From NCBI GenBank assembly GCA_018701105.1, contig JABIWD010000051.1:1-62653 (forward strand): a stretch of 62,653 nucleotides of DNA. The letters are read 5' to 3'. Positions 20,708 to 30,195 of the stretch are shown here, piece after piece. How positions within the stretch are numbered: the stretch's first letter is position 1; each line of letters opens with the position of its first letter. The position numbers were made by a program, and so were the translations under genes. Source of the DNA: Candidatus Uhrbacteria bacterium (lineage in GTDB: Bacteria; Patescibacteriota; Patescibacteriia; UBA9934; UBA11717). Below the pieces are notes generated by a model. It saw nothing but the letters and a program-made list of their open reading frames with translations. It was not told where the DNA came from and made no database searches.

Positions 20708-21793
20708 ATGCAGGTTACAGTAGAAGAGAGATGCAAGCTGTGTGTCGACGAAGCAGACCTGAGCGAAGGAACGCTTTCTGGCGAGATCGCCAAGGTCATG
20801 GGCATAGTCGCAATTACCGGAATCGCCATTGCCTTCTGGGCGTGGTTCGCTTCGGCCTTTGGCTGGAATCGTGAAGCTGTCCCCGCGGGTGTTTTCGCGG
20901 TACTCTCCACGGCCTTCGCTGTCTTTGGTCTGAAGTGGCTCCTCCTCGGGAGATACGTGTACGAGTTCGTCACCGAGGACGGCAAGGGTCACATGCATCG
21001 CTACGACGGAAGTCGGATCAAGGATCTGCTTCTTCGCGACGGTGCGAAGGACTATGTTGTGAAGCGACGTCTGAATGGGCTCTTCGGGTCCAAGGGAGAG
21101 GTCTGGCGCCACGTTCGAGGCGGCAGGTGGGTTGATGCTGCCTGGCGTGTAACAAGAAGCTGGGGAAAGAGGTTCGACCTCACGTACGGCTCGGAGGATG
21201 ACCAGGGGCTGCCTCTCGAGGACGTCGACATCATTGGTGCAACGCGCATCATGCGTGACGACGAATTCATGAACTGGCAGCAGCTCGTGAGCATCCTCGA
21301 TGCCCGTGACGAGCACAAAGCAAACCTGCGAGTCCTTCGTATAGAGCACGAAGGGCTCATAGCTCGGTCCAGTAGGCTGCAGACCGAGATCAAGGAACTC
21401 GGGCTCTACAAGACCGAAACAGCCAGGCTTCAGGACCTGCGTAACGCGATGATCGTCAACATGGTCGACTGGCTCATGGATCTGCTGAAGCAACATCACA
21501 TTGTTGACGCAGACGACCTTCGTCGCTACTACGCGATCGTGAATGCTCTTCTGGAGCTCAAGACGACCGATGATCAGACCGCCATCGTCGAGGCCCTGGA
21601 GCGCGCCGAGACCCTGGAGTGCATCGCAGACCTAGCGCCCAAATCTCAGGGGGTGCTCGCCACGGGATTCCTGAGGAATCTCGAGCGCAAGATGAAGCAA
21701 GCCGTGCTCGATCCCGGGGATCTGGTGGCCGATGCTTGGAACAAGGGTCTGAGTATCCAATTCCGATGCATCGCAGAGGGAAAGCAGCGATAG
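20708..21793 (+). CDS. GC-rich orphan membrane / coiled-coil protein (about 361 aa from the ATG at 20708; the ORF track starts at GTG 20699)
   Basis: GGAGGGG lies 8 nt upstream of the ATG. Two TM helices (IVAITGIAIAFWAWFASAF and VFAVLSTAFAVFGLKWLLL) are followed by a helical C-terminal half. Confidence 0.55.
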   Translation: MQVTVEERCKLCVDEADLSEGTLSGEIAKVMGIVAITGIAIAFWAWFASAFGWNREAVPAGVFAVLSTAFAVFGLKWLLLGRYVYEFVTEDGKGHMHRYDGSRIKDLLLRDGAKDYVVKRRLNGLFGSKGEVWRHVRGGRWVDAAWRVTRSWGKRFDLTYGSEDDQGLPLEDVDIIGATRIMRDDEFMNWQQLVSILDARDEHKANLRVLRIEHEGLIARSSRLQTEIKELGLYKTETARLQDLRNAMIVNMVDWLMDLLKQHHIVDADDLRRYYAIVNALLELKTTDDQTAIVEALERAETLECIADLAPKSQGVLATGFLRNLERKMKQAVLDPGDLVADAWNKGLSIQFRCIAEGKQR

Positions 21794-21809
21794 AGAACCG
21801 GACAACGAA

Positions 21810-21840
21810 ACGGCGACCCGCTCTGGGTCGCCGTGTTTTT
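21810..21840. terminator. Bidirectional hairpin terminator
   Basis: ACGGCGACCC-GCTCT-GGGTCGCCGT followed by GTTTTT. It lies between the 362-aa gene and the pepA stop. Confidence 0.7.
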
Positions 21841-23350
21841 ATTTCTGCTTCTTTAACCAGTTCAACAATGTCCTCACCATCACACCCGTTCCGCCGTACG
21901 GTACGTACTCAAGATACGGTCGCTCGGCGAATGCTGGGCCAGCGATGTCTAGGTGTACCCAAGGTATCTCCGGATCCACGAACTTCTTGAGGAACAATCC
22001 TGCGGTCAACGCACCTCCCCATTTACCGCCTATGTTTTTCACATCGGCGATCTTACTTTCGATCAACTTGTTGTATGGATCAAACAGTGGAAGTCTCCAT
22101 GTCGGCTCGCCCGTTTCTTCTGCAGACGCCAAGAGTTGCTCGGACAGCTTATCGTTATCCGTCATCAACCCCGTCATCTCCTCACCAATCGCAACCACAA
22201 CGGCACCTGTTAACGTCGCAAGATCGATCACAGCATCCGGCTTAAGCTCGCATGCATACGGCAGAGCGTCGGCCAATATCACCCTTCCCTCTGCATCCGT
22301 ATTCAGCACCTCAATCGTGACACCATTCTTTGCTCGAATAACATCACCGGGACGATATGCATTACCACCAGGCATGTTCTCGGTTGCGGGGATGATCCCA
22401 TGCACCTCAACAGAAGGCGCAAGATCGACGATCGAATGAAACACTCCTAGTACTGTCGCAGCTCCACCCATGTCCATCTTCATAGACTCCATGGACGATG
22501 CAGGCTTTAACGAGAGACCGCCAGAGTCAAACGTGACACCCTTCCCAACCAATGCGATCGACTTCTTGGCTTTGATCTTCGGCTTGTATGTCAAATGTAT
22601 AAAGTAAGGCTCCTCGTCCGATCCTGCAGCTACAGCCAAAAACGCATCCATATTCATGCGCTGCAGTTCAGCACGACCAAAGATCTCCACTGAAACTCGA
22701 GGAGACTCGTCTGCGATCCTGAGCGCATCGTTCTTCAGGTCGCGAGGTTTCATTGTCCCCGGTGGCTCGTTCACAAGATCACGAGCATGCATTGTCCCCT
22801 TAGCACCAATGACTCCCACCTCTATCCCCTGCGTGATTGATGAGATCTTCCGCGCGTCCTTTTCAACGATCTGCACCAACTTAATATCTTCCAATGCGTT
22901 CTCCTCGTCTTTTTTCTTCCACTTATCAAATGTATACAAACCAAGATGAGCGCCCTCAGCAATCGCAGCTGCGACCTGCTTAGAAGCGAGACCTCCATGT
23001 CCGGCTCCCATCGCAATAACATTCACAGTCTTTGCCTTCTTGCGCTGAGCTGTTCTCATTGCACGAGCGACCGCCTGTCTCACGCCATCCACGGTCAAAT
23101 CCTCCTTCTTTCCTAGACCCACGACAATGACACGAGCACACTCGATCCTGCCATGCGTCTTGAATACCGTTATCGACCCTTGAGCCGTCCTCATCTTCTC
23201 TTCCTCATAAAACTTAACCAGGCGCCCCTTAAGAGCTCCGTCTAATGTTTCAAAAGCACCTCCACACTTATCCACACCCTCTAGATGACCAACGATCACC
23301 ACATCTCCTGCAACGTCCTCCACATCGCCCCTTACAACCTTTATCTGCAT
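21839..23350 (-). CDS. pepA: Leucyl aminopeptidase (M17)
   Basis: NTDAEGRVILADAL motif and VGKGVTFDSGGLSLKP. Confidence 0.9.
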   Translation of the reverse strand: MQIKVVRGDVEDVAGDVVIVGHLEGVDKCGGAFETLDGALKGRLVKFYEEEKMRTAQGSITVFKTHGRIECARVIVVGLGKKEDLTVDGVRQAVARAMRTAQRKKAKTVNVIAMGAGHGGLASKQVAAAIAEGAHLGLYTFDKWKKKDEENALEDIKLVQIVEKDARKISSITQGIEVGVIGAKGTMHARDLVNEPPGTMKPRDLKNDALRIADESPRVSVEIFGRAELQRMNMDAFLAVAAGSDEEPYFIHLTYKPKIKAKKSIALVGKGVTFDSGGLSLKPASSMESMKMDMGGAATVLGVFHSIVDLAPSVEVHGIIPATENMPGGNAYRPGDVIRAKNGVTIEVLNTDAEGRVILADALPYACELKPDAVIDLATLTGAVVVAIGEEMTGLMTDNDKLSEQLLASAEETGEPTWRLPLFDPYNKLIESKIADVKNIGGKWGGALTAGLFLKKFVDPEIPWVHLDIAGPAFAERPYLEYVPYGGTGVMVRTLLNWLKKQK

Positions 23351-23403
23351 AGAATTTGGATATTATTTCTCCGATCTTAGCACAAAACAAAAACACGGCG
23401 CAA

Positions 23404-24324
23404 TCACCGTGTTTCCTCTGCAAGTTTGATAGCCCCCTCAACCGGATCGTCAGTCAGTGGAATCATGTTCATCCATCTGTGCTTACGAGCTCTCCTGATG
23501 ACCTCGTTACGCAAAGGTTTGTTCTTATTGATCGTCCCTCCAATCAGCACAACATCGATCGACGTCGGCCGCGAAGACATGCACTTCTTTAGTGTTGTGA
23601 GCATCAACATGAGCTCATCAGCAGCTTCCTTTATGATCTTTCGGGCGACGCGGTCTCCTGCCTCAGCAGCTTTTTCAACAACGTCGTTGAGCGCGCCAAT
23701 CTGACTCTTAGATCGAACATTGTCGAGCTTCGGCGGAATGTCACCCATCTCCGATGCTCTGAACCTACTCAACATGATCGGTAAGATCTTGGTCTTGGGT
23801 CCACGACCATCTTCTGCCTTTGTCGCAGCCTTCAATCCTGCTAAACCGATCGCGTAACCACTCCCCTCGTCTGCGAGCAGGTGACCTCGTCCCGAAACGC
23901 AGAACTGTTCCCCGTCTTCGAACACACATGCATTCGAGCCTGTTCCCGATATCAATGCCATAGAGTTCTCGTTCTCTGTACCGGCGCGCAATCCAATCAC
24001 AAGATCGTTAACAAGCACCCGACGATTAGGATCCGCCTGCTTCCACCAGGACTGCTTGTTAAGCTCGCGCAATACATCACGATGATCCTTTGCAGTGTCG
24101 ATCCCGGCCATTCCAATACAAACCGCATCTATACGCTCCTTTTTGCCCATTTTCTGCTGAATTACCTTGACATGCTTAGCTAATTCGCGTATAAGTGCCC
24201 CACTACCTATCTCATGTATGTGACCTATCGCGGGCACGACAAGATTCACGTCACGACCCTTTTGCGGTCGCGCGCGTAAGTGGAACTTAGTTCCTCCAAT
24301 GTCGATGCCGAGAAGATAGCTCAT
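23404..24324 (-). CDS. BadF/BadG/BcrA/BcrD-type ATPase (N-acetylglucosamine-kinase-like)
   Basis: LLGIDIGGTKF phosphate-1 motif and ISGTGSNA. Confidence 0.7.
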   Translation of the reverse strand: MSYLLGIDIGGTKFHLRARPQKGRDVNLVVPAIGHIHEIGSGALIRELAKHVKVIQQKMGKKERIDAVCIGMAGIDTAKDHRDVLRELNKQSWWKQADPNRRVLVNDLVIGLRAGTENENSMALISGTGSNACVFEDGEQFCVSGRGHLLADEGSGYAIGLAGLKAATKAEDGRGPKTKILPIMLSRFRASEMGDIPPKLDNVRSKSQIGALNDVVEKAAEAGDRVARKIIKEAADELMLMLTTLKKCMSSRPTSIDVVLIGGTINKNKPLRNEVIRRARKHRWMNMIPLTDDPVEGAIKLAEETR

Positions 24325-24354
24325 ATTATGTGTTAGTATATCACGAGAACAATT

Positions 24355-25044
24355 ATGCGCATCAACAAATACATTTCTTCACACGGGGTCGCTTCCCGTC
24401 GCGCCGCTGACAGACTTATCGAAGAAGGTAAGGTCACAATCAACGGTAAGCGAGCAAAGCTTGGTGACACCATCGAAAGTGATGATGATGTCGTTATTGT
24501 TGATGGTAAAGCTGTGAATCCTGATACGGATCAAATATACATCGCCTACCACAAACCTCGAGGAGTTGAGGTTACAATGAACCGCGATGTTAAACATAAC
24601 ATTGCAGAGGCTATCGGCCTCAAGGGACATGTATTCCCTGTCGGACGGCTCGACAAAGACTCGTCTGGACTGTTACTTCTAACAAACGATGGAGACATCG
24701 TAAACGCGATCCTGCGACCTGCGTCTGGGCACGAGAAAGAATATCTTGTCCACGCCGATCGACCGATCTCGAACGAGTTCCTGAGACAGCTCGCCAATGG
24801 CGCGAAGATCATGGGGCGACAAACGTCACCCACAAAGACAACTCGTCAGAACAAGACATCGTTCAAGATCATTTTGACCGAGGGACGCAACCGACAGATT
24901 CGCCGAATGGTGGACAAGCTCGGGTTCCATGTGAAGAACTTGAAGCGAACACGAATCATGAACATCAAACTAGGCCACTTAAAAGCCGGTCACTGGAGAC
25001 ATCTTACGAAGGATGAACTCAAAGAATTAAAAAACCAGCTCTAA
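24355..25044 (+). CDS. Pseudouridine synthase, RsuA/RluB family, with an S4 domain
   Basis: MRINKYISSHGVASRRAADRLI (S4 domain) and GRLDKDSSGLLLLTNDG. Confidence 0.88.
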   Translation: MRINKYISSHGVASRRAADRLIEEGKVTINGKRAKLGDTIESDDDVVIVDGKAVNPDTDQIYIAYHKPRGVEVTMNRDVKHNIAEAIGLKGHVFPVGRLDKDSSGLLLLTNDGDIVNAILRPASGHEKEYLVHADRPISNEFLRQLANGAKIMGRQTSPTKTTRQNKTSFKIILTEGRNRQIRRMVDKLGFHVKNLKRTRIMNIKLGHLKAGHWRHLTKDELKELKNQL

Positions 25045-25060
25045 CGAGCTGGTTTTTTGT
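25031..25060. terminator. Bidirectional terminator; the pseudouridine synthase stop codon sits in the loop
   Basis: AACCAGCTC-TAAC-GAGCTGGTT followed by TTTT. Confidence 0.7.
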
Positions 25061-25071
25061 TTGTGTGTTTT

Positions 25072-26139
25072 CTATTTCTTGGATCCTGACTTCATTCGCC
25101 AAGCAATGAGTGCACCGATGATAATCACAGCTCCTCCCGCTAACCAAATGTTCTGCAAGATGCCGATGAATACGAACTCGATGATCCAGAGAACCAATGC
25201 AAGCACGAACGATGCTCCTGCAATCATTCCCTTTGAACCTTCTCGCAAGAACGATCCAATTCCAGGAATCTTTCCGGCCATGCGTCCCATCCACTCAAGT
25301 GGACCAAACATCATTGCGAAACCGATGAAGAGCATAAAGAATGTTACTCCCCATAGTGCAAACTTGTTTGCACGATCCTGTGCCTGAAGCTCTAGTAGCG
25401 TTCCGTCAAAGTCTAGGTTTGAAAGAACGAATACTCGCTTAGCTGATGTTGAAATCGTTGTTCCGTCTGACTGACCTGCAGCAAGCAACTGAGCTGGCTT
25501 CAAGAAAGATGTGTAAACGGTTCGAGCGATTGTCTTTCCGTTGTAGTCGTAATCATCTTCTACGATGTCCTCGACAGTGTCGATCAAGATCGCGTTATCT
25601 GTTACTCCTACTACGTATGCCCCTATCTTTACGTCATATTCAAGCGTACTGCTTGAAAGCTCTTCCCATGTATCCTTCTCAACATCCCAACATGGAACAC
25701 ACTCTCCTGTATCTCCGTCACACTCCTCACCATTCTGACGAAGCACGCGTACTGTTGCAGACTCCTGAACTCGCTGCCTACATTCGAGCACTACGTTTGT
25801 CTCCAAGTTCTGAACACTCTCAACCTCAGAGATGCATCCGTCTCGGTAACATAGGTCTCCTCCGTCTGCAGTTGCATATGTTGGGGCTCCACGCACCGCA
25901 ATGTAACCAGACTGTAGACTAGATGAGTCCACCTGCTCTGCTTTAGCAAAGTCCTTAGCAGTGTCCTGAGATCCTGCCATCCACATTGCGAACGGTGACC
26001 CAAGTACAAGTACGATTCCGACAAGCACTCCAACGATACTCTGGAAGAATCCTGCCTTCTTTTTCATTCGTGTTGGTCCGGACGATGGACCCATTCTGTT
26101 GAAGGAGTTTGATCCTCCGACTCTAAACTGGTTAGCCAT
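25072..26139 (-). CDS. TMEM43/DUF1625-like membrane protein
   Basis: N-terminal TM, a large Cys-containing loop and a cluster of C-terminal TM helices. The family call is by architecture only. Confidence 0.5.
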   Translation of the reverse strand: MANQFRVGGSNSFNRMGPSSGPTRMKKKAGFFQSIVGVLVGIVLVLGSPFAMWMAGSQDTAKDFAKAEQVDSSSLQSGYIAVRGAPTYATADGGDLCYRDGCISEVESVQNLETNVVLECRQRVQESATVRVLRQNGEECDGDTGECVPCWDVEKDTWEELSSSTLEYDVKIGAYVVGVTDNAILIDTVEDIVEDDYDYNGKTIARTVYTSFLKPAQLLAAGQSDGTTISTSAKRVFVLSNLDFDGTLLELQAQDRANKFALWGVTFFMLFIGFAMMFGPLEWMGRMAGKIPGIGSFLREGSKGMIAGASFVLALVLWIIEFVFIGILQNIWLAGGAVIIIGALIAWRMKSGSKK

Positions 26140-26140
26140 A

Positions 26141-26308
26141 TTATTGGTTCATTATAAATCTTATTAATAAAGTTACGACCATGAGCATAAAGAAGCTCAG
26201 TGCAGCGAATACCTTACCAGTGCCGATAGACTCGAATTTTTTTGCCATAAAAAACCCAATGCCCACAGACAAGAGTATTACGATTGGTACTGTTACTGCG
26301 TAGTACAT
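26141..26308 (-). CDS. Small membrane protein, 55 aa (below the ORF-track cutoff)
   Basis: Hand translation gives MYYAVTVPIVILLSVGIGFFMAKKFESIGTGKVFAALSFFMLMVVTLLIRFIMNQ. It packs tightly between neighbouring genes. Confidence 0.35.
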   Translation of the reverse strand: MYYAVTVPIVILLSVGIGFFMAKKFESIGTGKVFAALSFFMLMVVTLLIRFIMNQ

Positions 26309-26309
26309 A

Positions 26310-26678
26310 TTAGAATAATCCCGGACCTGCTCCGCTTACGAGCAGCACAATAGCCGCTGCGAGAAGAATAAGGTCGAACTCCCATCCCGTTGCCTTCATT
26401 GAAGCAAAAGGTATTTTCATCATGGAAATTTTCAAAACAATCGCTCCAATCATCAATATAATGATGATAAGCGCCATCAACTGACTGTAGAGCCCTACAA
26501 TAAGTAGAAGTCCTACTACTGGCTCTAGGAATTTCAACATCGACATCATGTTCTTCATCATTCCCTTCACCGGTGGCATCGTCCACTTTTTGATTCCGTG
26601 GTAAAGGAAAATAAAACCAACGGCGAAACGCAGTATCACAATACCGGCGTCACCGTATGCTAAGAAAGACTCAAGCAT
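26310..26678 (-). CDS. DoxX-family membrane protein
   Basis: ILRFAVGFIFLYHGIKKW N-terminal motif, with 4 TM segments. Confidence 0.7.
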   Translation of the reverse strand: MLESFLAYGDAGIVILRFAVGFIFLYHGIKKWTMPPVKGMMKNMMSMLKFLEPVVGLLLIVGLYSQLMALIIIILMIGAIVLKISMMKIPFASMKATGWEFDLILLAAAIVLLVSGAGPGLF

Positions 26679-26711
26679 AGTTAAAAAAATAAGAGCAATT
26701 AGATGCTCCTA

Positions 26712-27173
26712 TTATACCATTTTCTTTTTTCTACAAACCGCATTCATCCCCATGATGAAAAGTAGCGTCGATGTCACCGCCGATCCAAGGCAGTACTGAC
26801 AAAACGCGTGAAGAACAAACGCTTGGATAATAAGGAAGTAAACTGACATGATGAACCCTGCCGTCGTCGCCCAAGCTGCCAGCTGCATGATCTTTTTGCG
26901 CTTCGTATCCCAGTACAGGATCACCGCGAAGACTATTGCAAGATAGTAGAGCACTCCGAGTAGCGCTACTGGGACCGGACCTATCATCGAGTAGACACTG
27001 TTAGTAACAACATCGCAACCATGGATGATGTTGCACGTTATCTCCTCGCCAGAATAATGCTGTATTGTTAAATACAAAGAGTCCAGAAACCCGAGGAAGC
27101 CAATAAGCAGCATCCCCGGGACCAACCATTTTGGAAAGTTATTCTGTGTCTGTTCCATCTTCAGTTTCCTCAT
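26712..27173 (-). CDS. Vitamin K epoxide reductase (VKOR)-family membrane protein
   Basis: 4 TM segments, loop cysteines (CNIIHGC) and a CQYC (CxxC) in the last helix. It is adjacent to and overlaps a DsbA-like gene. Confidence 0.7.
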   Translation of the reverse strand: MRKLKMEQTQNNFPKWLVPGMLLIGFLGFLDSLYLTIQHYSGEEITCNIIHGCDVVTNSVYSMIGPVPVALLGVLYYLAIVFAVILYWDTKRKKIMQLAAWATTAGFIMSVYFLIIQAFVLHAFCQYCLGSAVTSTLLFIMGMNAVCRKKKMV

Positions 27174-27993
27174 CCACTACTACTTCTTCATCAACAACCT
27201 CTACTACAATGTCCTCTGTATTTATCTCAATCGCAGAGGCGCTAATTCGTTCCAACTCCGCATCAATCAACTGTCGGAAAGGCTCAAACCCACGTGGGTT
27301 GTTTATTCGCTGCCCATTCACAAAGAACGAAGGTGTTCCCGATAGTCCTGACTGCGTCCCGCTTGAGGAATCATTGTTGACCTTGTCACGCGCTGCAGCG
27401 GAGTTCATATCTTCCTTAAACTGATCGACGTCGAGCTCGAGCAGAGCTGCGTACTCCAAAAACTTTGTATTGGCCGTAGCATTAGACCCTACCCACTCAC
27501 CTTGATTCTCAAAAAGTATGTCATGGAATTCAAAGAACATTCCCTGCATTCCCGCCGCCTCAGCAGCCTCGGCTGCTGCTTGTGCCTGATCGTGTATTTG
27601 TCGTAGTGGAAAATGTCGGTAAACAAACCTCACATCGTCTGGATAATTCTCTACCACCTGACGAACAACGGGTGCGTACTGCTTACACGCGGGACACTGG
27701 AAGTCTGAGTACTCGATAATAGTGATAGGAGCATTTACAGCACCCTTAGTGTGGTCAGAAGATGCCACCTCGGTTGTGCTCAAAGTTGGCTGCTCCGTCT
27801 CAGGCCCGCTTACCTTTGTAAGACCCCAGACTCCAAGAACAAGCACGAGTAACGTGCCTCCCCAAATCATTGCACTTCGCATCGTCTTGGATCGAGCTTC
27901 AGCACGCGCAGCTTGTCGCTGAGCCTCTTTTTTTGCCGCTTTCATCTCCTTTTTACTCATCCCCTCCATCTCGTCGATATTCTTTTCTTCCAT
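27139..27993 (-). CDS. DsbA-like thiol:disulfide oxidoreductase, membrane-anchored, with an acidic C-terminal tail (start at MEEKN; the ORF track extends to 28038)
   Basis: FQCPACKQY CxxC motif. AAGGAG lies 6 nt upstream of the ATG at 27993. Confidence 0.8.
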   Translation of the reverse strand: MEEKNIDEMEGMSKKEMKAAKKEAQRQAARAEARSKTMRSAMIWGGTLLVLVLGVWGLTKVSGPETEQPTLSTTEVASSDHTKGAVNAPITIIEYSDFQCPACKQYAPVVRQVVENYPDDVRFVYRHFPLRQIHDQAQAAAEAAEAAGMQGMFFEFHDILFENQGEWVGSNATANTKFLEYAALLELDVDQFKEDMNSAAARDKVNNDSSSGTQSGLSGTPSFFVNGQRINNPRGFEPFRQLIDAELERISASAIEINTEDIVVEVVDEEVVVDEETEDGTDTE

Positions 27994-28064
27994 ATATTTC
28001 TCCTTGTTAAAGTGAGCGTTCACCCACAAAACAATCAATTTTTATGCAAGAAGCATAGCATTTG

Positions 28065-28093
28065 TTGATATTTTTGTCGATTTGATGTATTCT
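28065..28093 (+). promoter_or_regulatory. Promoter TTGATA-17 nt-TATTCT for the GC-rich 214-aa gene
   Basis: Followed by GAAGGAGGG 4 nt before the ATG at 28113. Confidence 0.5.
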
Positions 28094-28112
28094 CTCGCGA
28101 GAAGGAGGGCCT

Positions 28113-28757
28113 ATGCCCAGAATACCGGTGATGAGTTCAAAGGATCGGTACGCCGTACTGATCCTAGCTGCGCTGAAATACGGCGACGTCGATCCCACGA
28201 CGTTCGAGACAGACCTGAAGCTCAGTGAAGCGACAGGGTTGCGTGAAACACTGACCGATCAGGAGATCGGCGAGATGCTCCACGTGGCGAGCTACAGATT
28301 CGAAGCTGAGAGACTTGGGGACTTCAGTACGTTCGACCCCTCCGGGATCGACGAGGCTTTTGCCCAACGTCTAGCTGACGCTCTGCACAGGCAGTACATG
28401 CGTCTGCTGGTACTCGGCGGCAAGGACTTCGGCGATCACCTGCTTGCAGGGTCGAAGCACAAGGTGGAGGCTATCCGCGGCGGTGCACAGAGCACGTACC
28501 TAGGAGAGATGGCCGTAATCCTTCGTGCGGATGAGATCTTGCGCGGAAAGAAGGTGGTCAACCCGAATATCGCTGCCCTCATGTTCGGTGTAGACAGCGA
28601 TGCCGCTAGTCGGTTCTTCGGCGATCTGGAATACGGACGTCAGAAGATGATGGACGCCCTGGCCTGGAAGTTGCCGGGAATGCCCCCAAAAGCCGTGAAG
28701 CGAGTGCGACGCCGCAGCAAGGATCCCACATTCTGGATCCAGAGTCCCAACAACTAG
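28113..28757 (+). CDS. GC-rich orphan protein, 214 aa
   Basis: Strong SD, its own promoter and terminator. No recognisable motif. Confidence 0.55.
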   Translation: MPRIPVMSSKDRYAVLILAALKYGDVDPTTFETDLKLSEATGLRETLTDQEIGEMLHVASYRFEAERLGDFSTFDPSGIDEAFAQRLADALHRQYMRLLVLGGKDFGDHLLAGSKHKVEAIRGGAQSTYLGEMAVILRADEILRGKKVVNPNIAALMFGVDSDAASRFFGDLEYGRQKMMDALAWKLPGMPPKAVKRVRRRSKDPTFWIQSPNN

Positions 28758-28765
28758 ACACGAAA

Positions 28766-28797
28766 GCCCGCAGGACCTAGTCCTGCGGGCGCTTTTA
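28766..28797. terminator. Hairpin terminator
   Basis: GCCCGCAGGA-CCTAG-TCCTGCGGGC followed by GCTTTTATTTT. It overlaps the stop of the methyltransferase gene on the other strand. Confidence 0.7.
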
Positions 28798-30087
28798 TTT
28801 TCGATCTAAGATCACCAATCCCTCCATGTGCGGAGTTCGTGGGAAGAAATTGTACAGTCTTGAGAACACGATGTCGTAACTGTCCAACAGCAGGTCAACG
28901 TCACGAGACTGCGTCGACAAGTTACATGACAGATAGATCACTCGCTTCGGCTTCTTAAACAAGATCCGCTCAATCACCTTCTTATGCAACCCGGCGCGTG
29001 GTGGATCTACAATCAATATCTTGTCCGTTGAAATATATTCAGTCGCCTCCTCTGCAGTCGACAGTACGGCAACCGCGTTATCAACATGATTATCCTCGAT
29101 GTTCTGACGTGCGAAATCAGTTGCCTCATCATTGCTCTCCACCAACACAGCCTGGTTGTAATGCTTTGATAGTGGAAGCGAGATCGATCCGACTCCAGAA
29201 TAGAAGTCTACGATGTCGATCTTAGGGTCTAGGTATGTCGCGATATCTTCAACCGCTTTAGAGAATACCGGCACGTGTACCTGGAAGAAGCTCAACAAAC
29301 CAAACCGCAAACTCGTAGTCTTCACATCCATCACGAGACTCGACTCTCCAATACTGTAAAGTAGCTCGGTAGGAACGGACGCAGGGCTCTTTGGGTTCGA
29401 GAAGTAAACATGAAAACCAACGAGCGCGTCACTCAAAGGCTGCCACTCACTAACATCAACTCCTTTTTTCACAAACAACGCTGCTATCGCCTCCCCTTTT
29501 CCATTCGAGCGGACAATGAGCGACTTAAGGTCTACTCTATTCACCTCCTCGCGATTCAACCACTCTAAAATCTCATTCGCCACCTCGTTGATCACAGGCT
29601 CGGCTAACAAGGACCCGTCAACAGGAACTTTCGTATGTTTACCTCGTGCAAAGAAGCAAAGCTGCGTTGGCGAGTTGATATCTTTTGTGTAAAAACTGAA
29701 CTCCATCTTGTTTCGGTACCCAAACGCCATCTCGGTATCAGATACGATATCGAGCTCATTGAACGAGTCCTTTGCCCCTTCGTTCGATATACCGCGGCTA
29801 TAAGTCTCCTTCCCAATCTCAACCTTGTATCGATCCTCAGCCTCCATCGTCATCATCTGCCATGGGCTTGTTGAGAGATATGCATCTTCTTTTGGCTCAA
29901 TACGATCCTGTGATGCGCTCAAGATCTTTGTAGCAACACCCTCCACGATGCCTTTCTTCTTTTTTGTTACCTCAAACTCAACCTCTTCACCTGGAAGTGC
30001 ATTCCAAAGAAACAAAGCCTTACCCGTCTCCTCGTCACGTCCTAGTGCCTGCCCTCCGAATACGAGCTTTTCAATCTTAGTTTTCAT
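28795..30087 (-). CDS. RNA (uracil-5-)-methyltransferase, TrmA/RlmD (RumA) family
   Basis: N-terminal TRAM-like segment, DFYSGVGSISL SAM motif, and the VDPPRAG and YLSCN catalytic motifs. Confidence 0.85.
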   Translation of the reverse strand: MKTKIEKLVFGGQALGRDEETGKALFLWNALPGEEVEFEVTKKKKGIVEGVATKILSASQDRIEPKEDAYLSTSPWQMMTMEAEDRYKVEIGKETYSRGISNEGAKDSFNELDIVSDTEMAFGYRNKMEFSFYTKDINSPTQLCFFARGKHTKVPVDGSLLAEPVINEVANEILEWLNREEVNRVDLKSLIVRSNGKGEAIAALFVKKGVDVSEWQPLSDALVGFHVYFSNPKSPASVPTELLYSIGESSLVMDVKTTSLRFGLLSFFQVHVPVFSKAVEDIATYLDPKIDIVDFYSGVGSISLPLSKHYNQAVLVESNDEATDFARQNIEDNHVDNAVAVLSTAEEATEYISTDKILIVDPPRAGLHKKVIERILFKKPKRVIYLSCNLSTQSRDVDLLLDSYDIVFSRLYNFFPRTPHMEGLVILDRK

Positions 30088-30195
30088 GTATCTATATTAT
30101 TATGCGATGTGTCACCATAGCCTATCGATCATGGAACCGCAAGTTGAATAACTCAAGTATAGCAAAACAGGACTCTCGCCCTGTTTATTTGCCGT

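Noticed and set aside
20564-21499. 311-aa minus-strand ORF and other nested ORFs inside the 20708-21793 gene
   Set aside because: These are shadow frames in GC-rich DNA. The plus frame has an SD, TM helices and a coherent helical domain.
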